Assembly: GCA_963849385.1 (NCBI GenBank)
Contig: CAWKHH010000005.1
Coordinates: forward strand, 386,478 to 450,477
Source: Ignavibacteriota bacterium
Lineage (GTDB): Bacteria > Bacteroidota > Ignavibacteria > UBA10030 > UBA6906
Reading direction: 5' to 3'
DNA: 64,000 nt
Shown here: positions 42,679 through 52,879 of the stretch, piece after piece
Layout of the letters: each line of letters begins with the position of its first letter
Position numbering within the stretch: position 1 is the first letter of the stretch
Made by a program: the position numbers and the translations under genes
Notes under the pieces: generated by a model
Database searches by the model: none
What the model saw: only the letters and a program-made list of their open reading frames with translations
Told to the model about the DNA's origin: nothing

Positions 42679-44700
42679 ATGAAAAAACGCCCGACCACTT
42701 CACATCGCACGTTGCAGGAACGGCTGAGCACATCCCGACGCCATGCGTTTCTTGCTGTCACCATTGCGTTCCCGTTTGTTCTCCTGATCCTCCTTGAAGT
42801 CGGCCTTCGCCTTTTTCAGTACGGGCCGGATCTTTCGCTGTTCATCACCCAGGATCTCCACGGCCGCACGTATCACATTATGAACCCCGCAGTGCGCCAC
42901 CGGTATTTCTCGCGGGTTTCGTTCGCCCCTTCGACCTCGCCCGACTACTTTCTCGTCCCGAAACCGCAGGGATGTTACCGCATCTTCTGCCTCGGCGGAT
43001 CAACCACCGTGGGTTTTCCCTACTGGTACAACAGCGCCTTCTCATCATTCCTGCGCGACCGGCTGCGGAGCACGTTCCCGGACCGAGCCATCGAAGTGAT
43101 CAACCTCGGGATGACCGCGACCAACAGCTATACCGTCGTCGACATGGCCAGGGAAGTCCTTGCCTATGAACCCGACCTCCTTATCGTCTACGACGGCCAC
43201 AACGAGTTCTACGGTGCGTTCGGCATTGCCTCGCGCGAGTCCATGGGGGGCGCCCGGTGGTTGTCACGCCTCTCCCTTCACCTCGCACACATCCGGACGT
43301 ATCAACTCGCACTCGATGTCTATGCCGCGTTCGGCAAGATCTTCGGCGGCGGGGATGACCCGGCATCCCGGGGAACCATGATGGAGCGCCTCGCCCGCGG
43401 AAAGACCGTCCCGTACGACAGTCAGATCTACCGCGACGGACTCGAGATTTTCGCGGCGAACCTTCGCGAACTCAAAGAACTCTGTGCCCGGCGCGGCGTG
43501 CCCGTTCTTCTTGGCACCCAGGTATCAAATCTCCGCGGACTCGCTCCGTTTGTTTCCGGCATTCCATCGGGTACCCCCGCTCAAACGCGCATGGCCTTCA
43601 ACACCCGATTCAACGCAGGTATGGAACAGTGGATGAACGGTGACTTCGTTGCCGCTCTTGCCGGTTTCCGTGCTGCAGCCGAGATGCTGCCCGGATACGC
43701 CGAAGCACACTACCGTATCGCACAGTGCCTTGATACACTTGGACGGGCATCGGAAGCGCTTCCAGAATACGTCAACGCGCGTGACATGGACGAGCTCCGC
43801 TTCCGCACAAGCTCGGACTTCAACACCGCCATCCGTAACATGGACAACGGCACAACATTCCTCTGTTCCGACATCGAAGCGTCTTTCGCCGCCGCGTCAC
43901 CCGAAAACATCATCGGCAACAACCTGATCCTCGAACACCTGCACCCGACTGCCTACGGGCAGTTTCTCATTGCCCGCTCCTATGCACAAACAATGCGCCT
44001 CCACCAACTCCTCGCGCCGGAAGACCGTTGGATCAGGGCCGATACGCTCAACAACGATGCGCTCTGGAACACACGCCATATGACACCAGTCGACGACCGC
44101 ATCGCGGCACGACGCACCGAAGCCCTCATCACCGCCTGGCCCTTCCAACCGGAAGAGCTGCCCGTCAGCACTATCCTACCCTCCGACTCACTTGGATTCA
44201 TCGCAGACCAGGTGGCCCGCGGTCAGATCCACTGGAAGCAGGCGCACGACCGCGCGATCGCCTACTACTCCTCACGCAACGATGTCCGCGCTCTCGAGTG
44301 TGAGTACCGCACGGAAATCAACCAGCTCCCCGCAATCGAAGTTGCACCCTATCTCCGCCTCGCAAAGCTCCTTCTGGACCAGCAACGCATCGGCGAAGTG
44401 CGCGACCTCCTCCAGCAATCACTGACTCTTGAACCCACAATACTCGCCTATCGCGCACTGGGTGACATCGCCCTCAACAGCGGCAATCCGGCTGAGGCAA
44501 CTCCCTACTATCTGAAAACCTTTACCTTCCCGCAATCGCCGCCTGAACAAGCGGAGAACGGTACGCTGCTCGCTACGGCACTGTTCCTGTCAGGCGACAC
44601 CACAAGCGCGCTGGAACGTACCCGGTCGGTATTGGCGGCAAAACCGGACTACCTGCCGGCCGTGCAATTGATGGAGCGCATTAACGCCCGCGCCCGGTGA
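42679..44700 (+). CDS. Membrane-anchored SGNH-like + TPR protein
   Basis: One TM helix, RIFCLGGSTT, EVINLG, YDGHNEFYG, EHLHPT and TPR helices. Confidence 0.8.
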   Translation: MKKRPTTSHRTLQERLSTSRRHAFLAVTIAFPFVLLILLEVGLRLFQYGPDLSLFITQDLHGRTYHIMNPAVRHRYFSRVSFAPSTSPDYFLVPKPQGCYRIFCLGGSTTVGFPYWYNSAFSSFLRDRLRSTFPDRAIEVINLGMTATNSYTVVDMAREVLAYEPDLLIVYDGHNEFYGAFGIASRESMGGARWLSRLSLHLAHIRTYQLALDVYAAFGKIFGGGDDPASRGTMMERLARGKTVPYDSQIYRDGLEIFAANLRELKELCARRGVPVLLGTQVSNLRGLAPFVSGIPSGTPAQTRMAFNTRFNAGMEQWMNGDFVAALAGFRAAAEMLPGYAEAHYRIAQCLDTLGRASEALPEYVNARDMDELRFRTSSDFNTAIRNMDNGTTFLCSDIEASFAAASPENIIGNNLILEHLHPTAYGQFLIARSYAQTMRLHQLLAPEDRWIRADTLNNDALWNTRHMTPVDDRIAARRTEALITAWPFQPEELPVSTILPSDSLGFIADQVARGQIHWKQAHDRAIAYYSSRNDVRALECEYRTEINQLPAIEVAPYLRLAKLLLDQQRIGEVRDLLQQSLTLEPTILAYRALGDIALNSGNPAEATPYYLKTFTFPQSPPEQAENGTLLATALFLSGDTTSALERTRSVLAAKPDYLPAVQLMERINARAR

Positions 44701-46519
44701 TCGCCTCTCGCATACGTAACGCATCGGCGTACCCGGGTGCCAATGCAAGCGCATCTCCGAGTTCTTTCAAGGCACCCTCGATATCCCCGCGATTCGTTTC
44801 CAGAGCGGCAAGCCCGTAATGAGCCGTCGCCTTCACCTGACGCTCAGACTGATCATTGCCCGATTGCTGAAGAACCATCGTCAATTCACGGCGGGCGTCG
44901 TCATTCTCGCCGCGGTTCACCATGATGAGGCCGAGATCAAGTCGCGCGCGTGTGTATTCCGGATTCGACGCAATCGACCGGCGATAATATACGAGCGCTT
45001 CGTCAGTGCGGCCGAGAGAATGCAGCAGACTACCCTCAAGATAGTTTGTGTAGAACCCGTAGGGATATTCTTCGAGCATCGCCTCGTACGTGGTCAATGC
45101 GTCACGCGTGCGACCGACACGCCAGAAGTATGTCGCCATGGCGTAACAGGCTTCGTTCCATGCCCTTTTCCTGCCATGGACCTCCGCAACCATCGCCCCC
45201 AGAACACTGTCCGCCCGATCCAGTACCGGTGTTGAGCGTCTGTAGTTGTCAAAAGGCCAGTGCCCCGTGAGGTGACGGATAGAGTATTCTCCGTATGCGA
45301 GATCGAGCCAGCAGATACTGAGTACATCGTTGTCGAACGGAAGCAGATCCGCCTTCCGCGGCGTACCAGGGATGTACCTTCCTGCAATGATCTCGTTGAC
45401 GAAGGCGTTCGCCAGGGCGTAGTACCCCAACGCCGTCGGATGCACATGCTCCCAGAATAGCGAATCTCCGGGAATACCATCGGCTGACCATGCCGAAAGA
45501 ACCGAGTCACCGCTGAACACCCGCACTCCCTCCTGCATACAGATGCGGTGTGTCATGGCGCTGATCTCCCCCGGCGCCCGGAACTTCAGCAGATCCGCAT
45601 CTCGAGCTGCACAGAGGCACGCCTTCGCCTCGCGCGTCAGTCCATGCGCGCGCAGAGCAACGCCTTTCGTGTATTGAACCGTTGCGGATGCGACGCTATC
45701 GGCAACGAAGGGAGCGAACATGAGATTGGACGAAGGCTCGCCCACCACTACCGGCACATTCTCGTTCCGAAATGTGCGGAGGATAGATCGCATGTTGCCG
45801 TCGAAATTGCCAAACACCCTCTTCTCATCATTGGAGCCGCTTCGCACAAGCTGCCCTTCAGACACTTCGCGCATGAGAGTGGTGGGGTGCTTTCCCCCAT
45901 CCCGTCCGCTCTCCAGCAGAGGAGTGATCACCCGCATGAGACGGCACTCCCTCAACGCATATTTCCACCGGGTCAACACAGGGAGATATTTTTCAAGAAA
46001 TGACGCACCGACGCCATCCGGACCGTAGTATTCATTGTGGCCCATATACACGAGCACAAGATCCGGATGATACAAGAGCAGCAGCGGAGCGAAATCGCGC
46101 ACAACGTTGCTGTTGATCGCCGAGGCACCCCAGTTGATCACCTCGAACTCAAGGTCGGGATAGAGGTGGCGAAGCTGCTTCCGCACGATACCCGGAATAT
46201 TCGCGTTCATGTCGTACGGTGTCCCGAACATTGACGAACTGCCGAGACACATGATGCGAAACGTCCGCGGCCCCTTCTCCCTCCGGAAGAGTGTGGTCTT
46301 GAACTCAGGGATGAGCGGCGTACCGGCCGGGAAATATTTCGCGAGATATGCACGATTGGTCTGGCACCACGCAATTCCATCGTAGCGGGTTTCCGTGACA
46401 AGCGCCTGAGGCGGAGCAACGTCGAATGCCCGCAACGTGAGTTCGGCCGCAACAATCAGCAGAAGAAGGAGCATGACCGGGATGAGACTGAACACAATGT
46501 GTTTCGTGCGCGTCGTCAT
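44681..46519 (-). CDS. Membrane-anchored SGNH-like + TPR protein (paralog of the convergent gene)
   Basis: One TM helix, RIMCLGSSS, EVINWG, YMGHNEYYG, EHVHPT and C-terminal TPRs. Confidence 0.8.
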   Translation of the reverse strand: MTTRTKHIVFSLIPVMLLLLLIVAAELTLRAFDVAPPQALVTETRYDGIAWCQTNRAYLAKYFPAGTPLIPEFKTTLFRREKGPRTFRIMCLGSSSMFGTPYDMNANIPGIVRKQLRHLYPDLEFEVINWGASAINSNVVRDFAPLLLLYHPDLVLVYMGHNEYYGPDGVGASFLEKYLPVLTRWKYALRECRLMRVITPLLESGRDGGKHPTTLMREVSEGQLVRSGSNDEKRVFGNFDGNMRSILRTFRNENVPVVVGEPSSNLMFAPFVADSVASATVQYTKGVALRAHGLTREAKACLCAARDADLLKFRAPGEISAMTHRICMQEGVRVFSGDSVLSAWSADGIPGDSLFWEHVHPTALGYYALANAFVNEIIAGRYIPGTPRKADLLPFDNDVLSICWLDLAYGEYSIRHLTGHWPFDNYRRSTPVLDRADSVLGAMVAEVHGRKRAWNEACYAMATYFWRVGRTRDALTTYEAMLEEYPYGFYTNYLEGSLLHSLGRTDEALVYYRRSIASNPEYTRARLDLGLIMVNRGENDDARRELTMVLQQSGNDQSERQVKATAHYGLAALETNRGDIEGALKELGDALALAPGYADALRMREAITGRGR

Positions 46520-46525
46520 GAGATG

Positions 46526-48355
46526 TCACGGAAGAATGTTCTCTTTGGGCGGCTCAACATCGAGCCATTCCAGCCTGGGGCTGACGAAGGGTACTTCGAA
46601 CATTCTCCCGCCAAAGCCGAGCAGCCTGTACGCAAGCATTGGCAATGGCGTGACCTTGAGCATCTTCAGTCTCTCCGAATAGATGTCGAACCCCCTCGCG
46701 CCCGCACTCTGTGCAGTGAACAGAGTCACCGCACGACGCTGTTTCATCTGAAGCAACGCGTCCGACGCACGCGAAAACCTCCCTGCAAATGACGTGTCTC
46801 CGGTCGCCGGAGCATTTCTCTTGTGCACGACCTGAAAATAGAAATACCCGGAGGAATCCCTCAGCGGCCCGTAGAACTGGCCTGTGTCAAGACGGGCGGC
46901 GATGACGCCGAGCGGGGGCCGTTCATTGACGGCAAAGAAGGGGGTCGTTCCTCCATGCCGGGCCTCGTGATCGACAGAGAACTTCCGCACCGCGTCTTCG
47001 AACGACCCCCCGCGCTCCATGAACTGAAACGCATCCTGCATTTCGCGCGCGGTTGTCGTTTGCAGGACGCGCAATTGCACCTGCGGCACGGAAAAAGAGG
47101 TGTCGGTGGAATGCAGATAGGCAAAAACTTCCGCCTCAGTGACGCGGGTCTGTTCGTGAATCCGCCGCTCGGTCATCCCCGCAAGATAATGATCGCGCCA
47201 AGGCATCAGCCTGGACTGCACATCGGGCGTTTGATCAAGTCCCCGGGCGATGGCTTCCTGCGCCAGAAGTTCCTGTTGGGCCCACTCACGGAACACGGTG
47301 TAAAGGCGCGACGCCACTCCGCGGACGGAATCGCCGCTCACACTGAACCCCCGCGTCACCAGGCGGGAGACTGCTTCCGCGACGGTCCATGACGTGTTCC
47401 CGGCAACAATCAGCGTGTCCCCAGAACTCCCGGCAAGGCGATCAAGAACCTCCCCCGACATTTCTGAGGTCAATGACATCGACGGCGGAGCATAGTGCCG
47501 CTTGAACACTGCAGAGAGCGCCTCGGCGACGGCACGGAACAAGGCCGGCGGAGAAGATGATGGACGATCGCGCAGCAATTCCTGGGCAAAAGTCTCTTCC
47601 CGCACCCGTTCTTTCCTCATCCGGATTCTTGTCACTACCCGTTCGCGCAACGTGTGCGGAGGCATATCCGCTAAGACCGGGTTGCGCTCCGCGCGACGGA
47701 TGCGAAGGATGTACCATCCCTCCCCCGCGCGGACTACGGGTGACAGATCATCCGGCCCCAGGCGATAGGCAGCGGCTTCAATCGTGGTGTCGGCATCTCC
47801 CCAGATCACTGTGGCGGTGTCGCGAAGCGCAAGCAGCGACGAATCGATATTGTGACGATCGAATTCTCTGCCGGTGCGCATCTGCGATCGCACAAACCGT
47901 GCACTGGCTTCGTCGGAGAAATAGAGAAAACTGACAAGGAGCTGTTGTCTCGCACGACGGATCCCCTGCGAGATCTCCGCCGGGGTCACCTCCACCTTCT
48001 GACGCACTTCTGTCCGGTACAATGCATCGCGGGCAAGAAGCTTTGTGAGATCGGCGATTGCGGTGCGGTAGGTCGCGAGCGTATCGAGTCCCCGCATACG
48101 TGCCTCCTGCGCGAGCAGTTTCTCCGCAATCATGGAATAGAGAAAGGTGAGTTTCTCCTGCTCGAGTTGGGCTTTCCGGTGTCGGTACAGACCGGGCGTG
48201 AGTTCAAATCGTTCCTGAAACTCCCGTTCGCTGATGAAGGCATTGCCCGCCCGTGCGAGGAGAGGCTCACTCCCGTCTTGCGCACGCACTGAAAGCAGCG
48301 GAGTCAGCAGCAGGATCGCACAGAGAGGAATTGTACGGCGGAGGATGACGGACAT
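46526..48355 (-). CDS. Exported PpiC/SurA-like peptidyl-prolyl isomerase (two repeats)
   Basis: Signal peptide, LARAG..ISEREF, EKLLAQEA...GLD twice, SPVVRAGEGWYILR and GGSFEDAVRKFSVD. Confidence 0.8.
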   Translation of the reverse strand: MSVILRRTIPLCAILLLTPLLSVRAQDGSEPLLARAGNAFISEREFQERFELTPGLYRHRKAQLEQEKLTFLYSMIAEKLLAQEARMRGLDTLATYRTAIADLTKLLARDALYRTEVRQKVEVTPAEISQGIRRARQQLLVSFLYFSDEASARFVRSQMRTGREFDRHNIDSSLLALRDTATVIWGDADTTIEAAAYRLGPDDLSPVVRAGEGWYILRIRRAERNPVLADMPPHTLRERVVTRIRMRKERVREETFAQELLRDRPSSSPPALFRAVAEALSAVFKRHYAPPSMSLTSEMSGEVLDRLAGSSGDTLIVAGNTSWTVAEAVSRLVTRGFSVSGDSVRGVASRLYTVFREWAQQELLAQEAIARGLDQTPDVQSRLMPWRDHYLAGMTERRIHEQTRVTEAEVFAYLHSTDTSFSVPQVQLRVLQTTTAREMQDAFQFMERGGSFEDAVRKFSVDHEARHGGTTPFFAVNERPPLGVIAARLDTGQFYGPLRDSSGYFYFQVVHKRNAPATGDTSFAGRFSRASDALLQMKQRRAVTLFTAQSAGARGFDIYSERLKMLKVTPLPMLAYRLLGFGGRMFEVPFVSPRLEWLDVEPPKENILP

Positions 48356-48370
48356 CGCGTGGCCCTTGAG

Positions 48371-48407
48371 ACAAAACAAGGCGGTCCCGGGGTCCGAGAC
48401 CGCCTTG
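48371..48407 (-). terminator. Intrinsic terminator after the T9SS cargo gene
   Basis: CAAGGCGGTC/GACCGCCTTG stem followed by TTTTGT on the minus strand. Confidence 0.75.
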
Positions 48408-48428
48408 ATCACTGCGACAGCGATGATG

Positions 48429-51400
48429 TTACTTCAGCAACACCATCTTCTTGACACTGACAAAGTCACCGGCGGTCAGGCGATAGAAATACATGCCGCT
48501 CGCGAGGTTCATGCCATCGAACTTCACGTGGTGCACACCTGCCACCTGGATCTCGTTCACCAGTGTCGCCACTTCCTGCCCAACGATGTTGTAGATCTTC
48601 AAATCCACCTTGGCCACGGCCGGGATGGAGTATTCAATCTTCGTCGTCGGGTTGAAGGGGTTCGGGTAGTTCTGAGCCAGTTCGTAGGCCAGAGGCTTGC
48701 CCGGTTCAAACACGCTTGTCGATCTCTTTGGCCTGTGGAGATCATAGTCCCACGCATCGAAGAAAGTCGGGTTGATGCTGCCGAAGTCGGTCATGATGGT
48801 GTAGATGCTGTCGGTATCAACGATGTTCTCGTTGTGGTTGTTACCGAAACCACCTCTTCCGCCTTCGTTGTCACCGCCACGGATACCGAACTTGTAGGTC
48901 TGGCCTACAAGTGCCTTGCTGCCGGCGATGATGCTGTCCGGGGAGGCAAAGATCTTGCGGGTGAATATGGAGTCACCGGACACCGCATCACCGTTGGTCC
49001 CGTTGTCATACATCTTCTGGGTTGTGAGGTTCCCCAGATCCGTGGAATTTGTATTACCCCACGTTGCCCAGCCGCCCGTCGCCGGACCGTTGATCCAGAC
49101 TCCCCACTTCATGACGGAGTCTTTCTGCGACGGAAACACGTGCAACGTACCCTGGATATCCGTGAGTGTGTCGCCACCCCACGCTGGGTTGACCTGGTAG
49201 TATGCTGGACGGAGATCGCACTTCCAGGTCACGTTAACAGTACGTGCAAGCTTGCGGCCGTTCGGGAATACCGGCTGACGGCGTGCCTGCGTGATGGATG
49301 TCGCGGTGTCGCGCACCGTTTGTCCGCTTGTCACAGATGCCGTGGAGTCGATCAGAACCTGACGGCGTTCTGCTTCGCTGGGAACCGAGCCTGCGTAGGT
49401 GAAGTTGTAGTAGTTTTCGCGGATTTCAACGCCGTTGCGGACCACATAGTACTGATAGTCAAGAAGCTTCTTCCTTGCGGTGACGATCGTATCCACTGCC
49501 TGGAAGGTTGTACCCGCAAGGCGGATCATGGTTTTGCGGCGACCTGCTTCAACTGCCGTCGTGAAGTTTCCCGTGCGCACATAGACCGTGTCGGTCAGCA
49601 CGTTCACGCCACCACTGGCCGCTGCCTGCGCCAGGTTGGCAACGAACGTGATTTTGATGGTGTCGGGGTTCGCACGCGCTATGGGACGTTCGTTGTTGTA
49701 GAACACCCATGACAGTGTGGTATCTTTCAACCCGATCGGAACGGTGAAGGTGCGGTTGTTGGCTTCCTGCCTGCCGTCCCAGCTGTTGTTGAAGAGGAAT
49801 TTGTAGTCGATGCCCTGCCCTGCCGTGAGGCTGCTCTTCCGGAATCGCAGGCGTGCAGAGTACATGTCTGACGCTGCGATCGTGTAGCCGTCTCCGGCGG
49901 TAGCAGGTGATTCTGGGGTGAGATACGTCGATTGGTTCCAATTAAGATCATCGCCCGTATTGCCGGCGCCTCGAACTCCAACAGTGTCCAGCGCAGGGTT
50001 AAATCCTCCTTGTGCAATCTTTCCGCGCAAGTTCACACGGAAGTAGACGTTCAGGAACGAATCAGGTACCGTCGTCCAGGGACGGAAGTACTGTGGACGT
50101 GTGCCGGCGCCATTGTTCCAGAACTCGACCTGGAGGGTCGTGTCCCTGTCGGGCACGATCAGCGAACGATTAGGGTCGCCGGTAAGCGACATCAGCCGGA
50201 ACAACTCCCTGCTCCCAGCCGGTACCGCTGGAATACGCTACAACATACTTATACCGCAGCGTGTCACCGGCTTGCATATAGACGGTCTTTGTCCAGTAGT
50301 CGCCGCCGATACGCGTCATAGCGTTCTGCGCATCGTTCCCCCAGGTGATCGGGGAGAAGCCACCGGCGTTGCTCGTCCCACCGCGAACCTGGATTGTGGA
50401 ACCGGCAACGGGGATTGTGTCAGGAACCGTGGCCGTATTCAGTTTGAACACAACCTTGCGGACGTTGTTGATAGTGAACGCCAACGCATTGGTGAAACCA
50501 CCGGCTATACCATGGGAGACATCTTGAAATGCAGTATTGTACAGTTCAGTGCCGACGGCAGGAACGCTCGTCCATGTCGATCCACTGTTGGTGGACCACC
50601 AGGAGATGCCTTTGTTGGCAGTGAAGTTGTTTCCTACGACTACCACGACATTGGTTCCGCGGATCGGTTTTGCCGAGCGGAGTTCCTGTGTCGCATGCGG
50701 GGACGCCTGATCAACGGCAATCGTATCGCTCCAGGTCGTGCCACCGTTGGTGGTCTTGTGAATGTAACCAAAGTTCACATTGTCGGGTGAACGGTCGATA
50801 ATATACCCGACGCTGTCGTCCAACATGTTGATCGAACGGATGTAGTAGTTGGGAGTCGCGCCACCCGTCAGCGCGGGCGCCCATGAGTTCCACGTGCCAC
50901 CCGCATCGGTTGACTTGAGAATGCGGGCGGGTGTTCCCGTTCCTTCATACGTGGTCATCCACACGGTCCTGCCGTACACCTCCATGGCCTGTCCGAGGGT
51001 GGCATAGGAAGCATACTTGTTGGCTATCAATTCTTCCGCCGGCAAATTGGTGATGCGTGTCCATGTGGCTCCGGCGTCCGTGCTGCGAATCACGAGCAGG
51101 CCGCTCCCGTCTGCATCACCAAGTGCAATGACTGTATCTTTGGTGATATACGCGATGCCATCAAAGAAGCCGGCACCACCGCCGTAATAATACACGCTGT
51201 CCCACGACGTACCGGCATTCGTGGTGCGGAACACCTTGCCGCCGAACGTTGCATACAGAGCATTCTTGGCATCCCATGCCCGGAACATGCCACGGTCATT
51301 TGCGGGAAGTGTGACTTTTGTCCAGTCACCGCCTTTGATGGAGTAGTAGCCCAAGGGCAGGCGCGGGGCCGCATTCTTAAAGCCCGCGATCCACCGTACG

Positions 51401-51597
51401 GTGTCGAGAGTCTGAACGCACGGGAACGAATAGCCTACCGTCGTAATCTGCGTCAACGGCAGCCACCCTGTGTTCGTGCTGAACAGTTGATTGTTCCCCG
51501 CTCCAGCCGGAGCCTTGCGCGGATCCGTTTCCTCACCGCCTATAGCCATGGCGACGATAAGGAGAGCTGCGAGCGAAAACAGAAGAGTTTTCCGCAT
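48429..51597 (-). CDS. T9SS-secreted protein: Asp-box beta-propeller + 3-4 CBM20-like beta-sandwiches + CTD; one indel near 50200
   Basis: Signal peptide, five S/T-T-D/N-x-G-x-T/S-W Asp-boxes, repeated V.F..N...V.VRG...W...YK(Y/F) modules, YDNGTNGDAVSGD and CTD AQNYPNPFNP...KKMVLLK. Confidence 0.78.
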
Positions 51598-51668
51598 AGT
51601 GCACCCTCTTGAGGTTGTGAGATGTTGTTGGTTGTAACTGAGTTCAGGTTACTGTTCCGAAGCTAAGT

Positions 51669-51697
51669 AAAGTATGCAATTACCTTCACTGTGTCAA
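51669..51697 (-). promoter_or_regulatory. Near-consensus sigma70 promoter for the T9SS cargo gene
   Basis: Minus strand TTGACA-17 nt-TACTTT, about 70 nt upstream of the ATG at 51597 (RBS AAGAGGG). Confidence 0.7.
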
Positions 51698-51826
51698 GCA
51701 ACGCTGTCGTAATGACCTTCTCTCATGCCTGACACACGGGCATCCAGTTGGTGTATGGCCCCCCTCTACCCTCCTTTCACAGTCAAGTTCTCAGTGTTTT
51801 AGTGTGATGTCCTTGCCCTGACAACA

Positions 51827-52870
51827 TCAGAAACTGACCGCCAGTGCGATCGTGTTGAGGTTCCCAAACAGCCCGAACTTCGTGTACGCATAGTTCACCT
51901 CGATCGCGCCGAACCCTTCGGCAGTATACTTCAGGCCGGCACCCAGCGACAGCCCCTCTTCGGCGTCCTTGCCAAACAACGACTTGTACCCACCGCGCAG
52001 AAAAACCATGTTGTTCCAGCCGATTTCCCCGCCCGCGTTGACAGATTCTTCGTTGTCATTCGGCCGGAGAGCATCGGCGGCAAGCAGTCAGCCTGAACAT
52101 GTCGTCTTTGTAGGCATCGATGGCTACGCCGACCCGGAACAGGAGTGGAATGGCCCAGGGATCGGTCTTCAGAGTGCCCGACAAGCGCTTTGTTCGAACC
52201 TGAATTCAGCGGATCAATATCGACCCGCTGCAACAGGTCCCGGCCGTCCATTTTCATCTCACCGCCGAAGTTCGACATCGAGACGCCGAGGCGCATGTCG
52301 TTGAAAACCGGTCACGAACAGCAGACCGACGTCAAAGGCAAATGTGCTGGCACTCTCATTCCAGATCGCGCTGATCCACGTACTTCACCGTCGCACCCAT
52401 CGAAAAGCGGTCGGTGAGCCGGCGGCAGTACGAGAGACCGATGGACAGGTCCTGCGCTGACCACCGCTCGCCCGTCCCTTCCGGCGATGCGACGGTGGTC
52501 ACCTCTTCTTCACCGTAGTCCAGCTGCGTCAGGCTGACGCCGATGGCATTTTCGCCGCCGAGGTTGAGCATGAGACCAACCCACCGGAATTTCGTCCCGA
52601 CAAGCCAGTCGGTATTCGAGAACGCAAGCTGTGACTTTCCCGGCCTGCTGGAATGCACCGGGGTTCCAGTATATCGAAGTGACATCTTCATTCGACGCTA
52701 CATACGCGCCGCCCATGGCCATGGCCCTCGGGCCAACAGAGATCCCGAGAAACTGACCGGCGGTGGTGCCGACTTTCGTCTGACCTGCGGCCGGACAGGG
52801 CCACGATCATCATCACTACAAGCAGTGCGCCGATGAGACGCGTCATGAACTCAAAGGAGATTGTTCGCAT
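51827..52870 (-). CDS. PorV/PorQ-family outer-membrane beta-barrel, several indels
   Basis: KVGTTAGQFL..SVGPRAMAMGGAYVA, SIYWNPG, PEGTGE, MSNFG, FLRGGY and a terminal Phe across fragments. Confidence 0.8.
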
Positions 52871-52879
52871 GGCCGTGCC

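Noticed and set aside
48234-49712. 492-aa plus-strand ORF
   Set aside because: Antisense shadow of the T9SS cargo gene.
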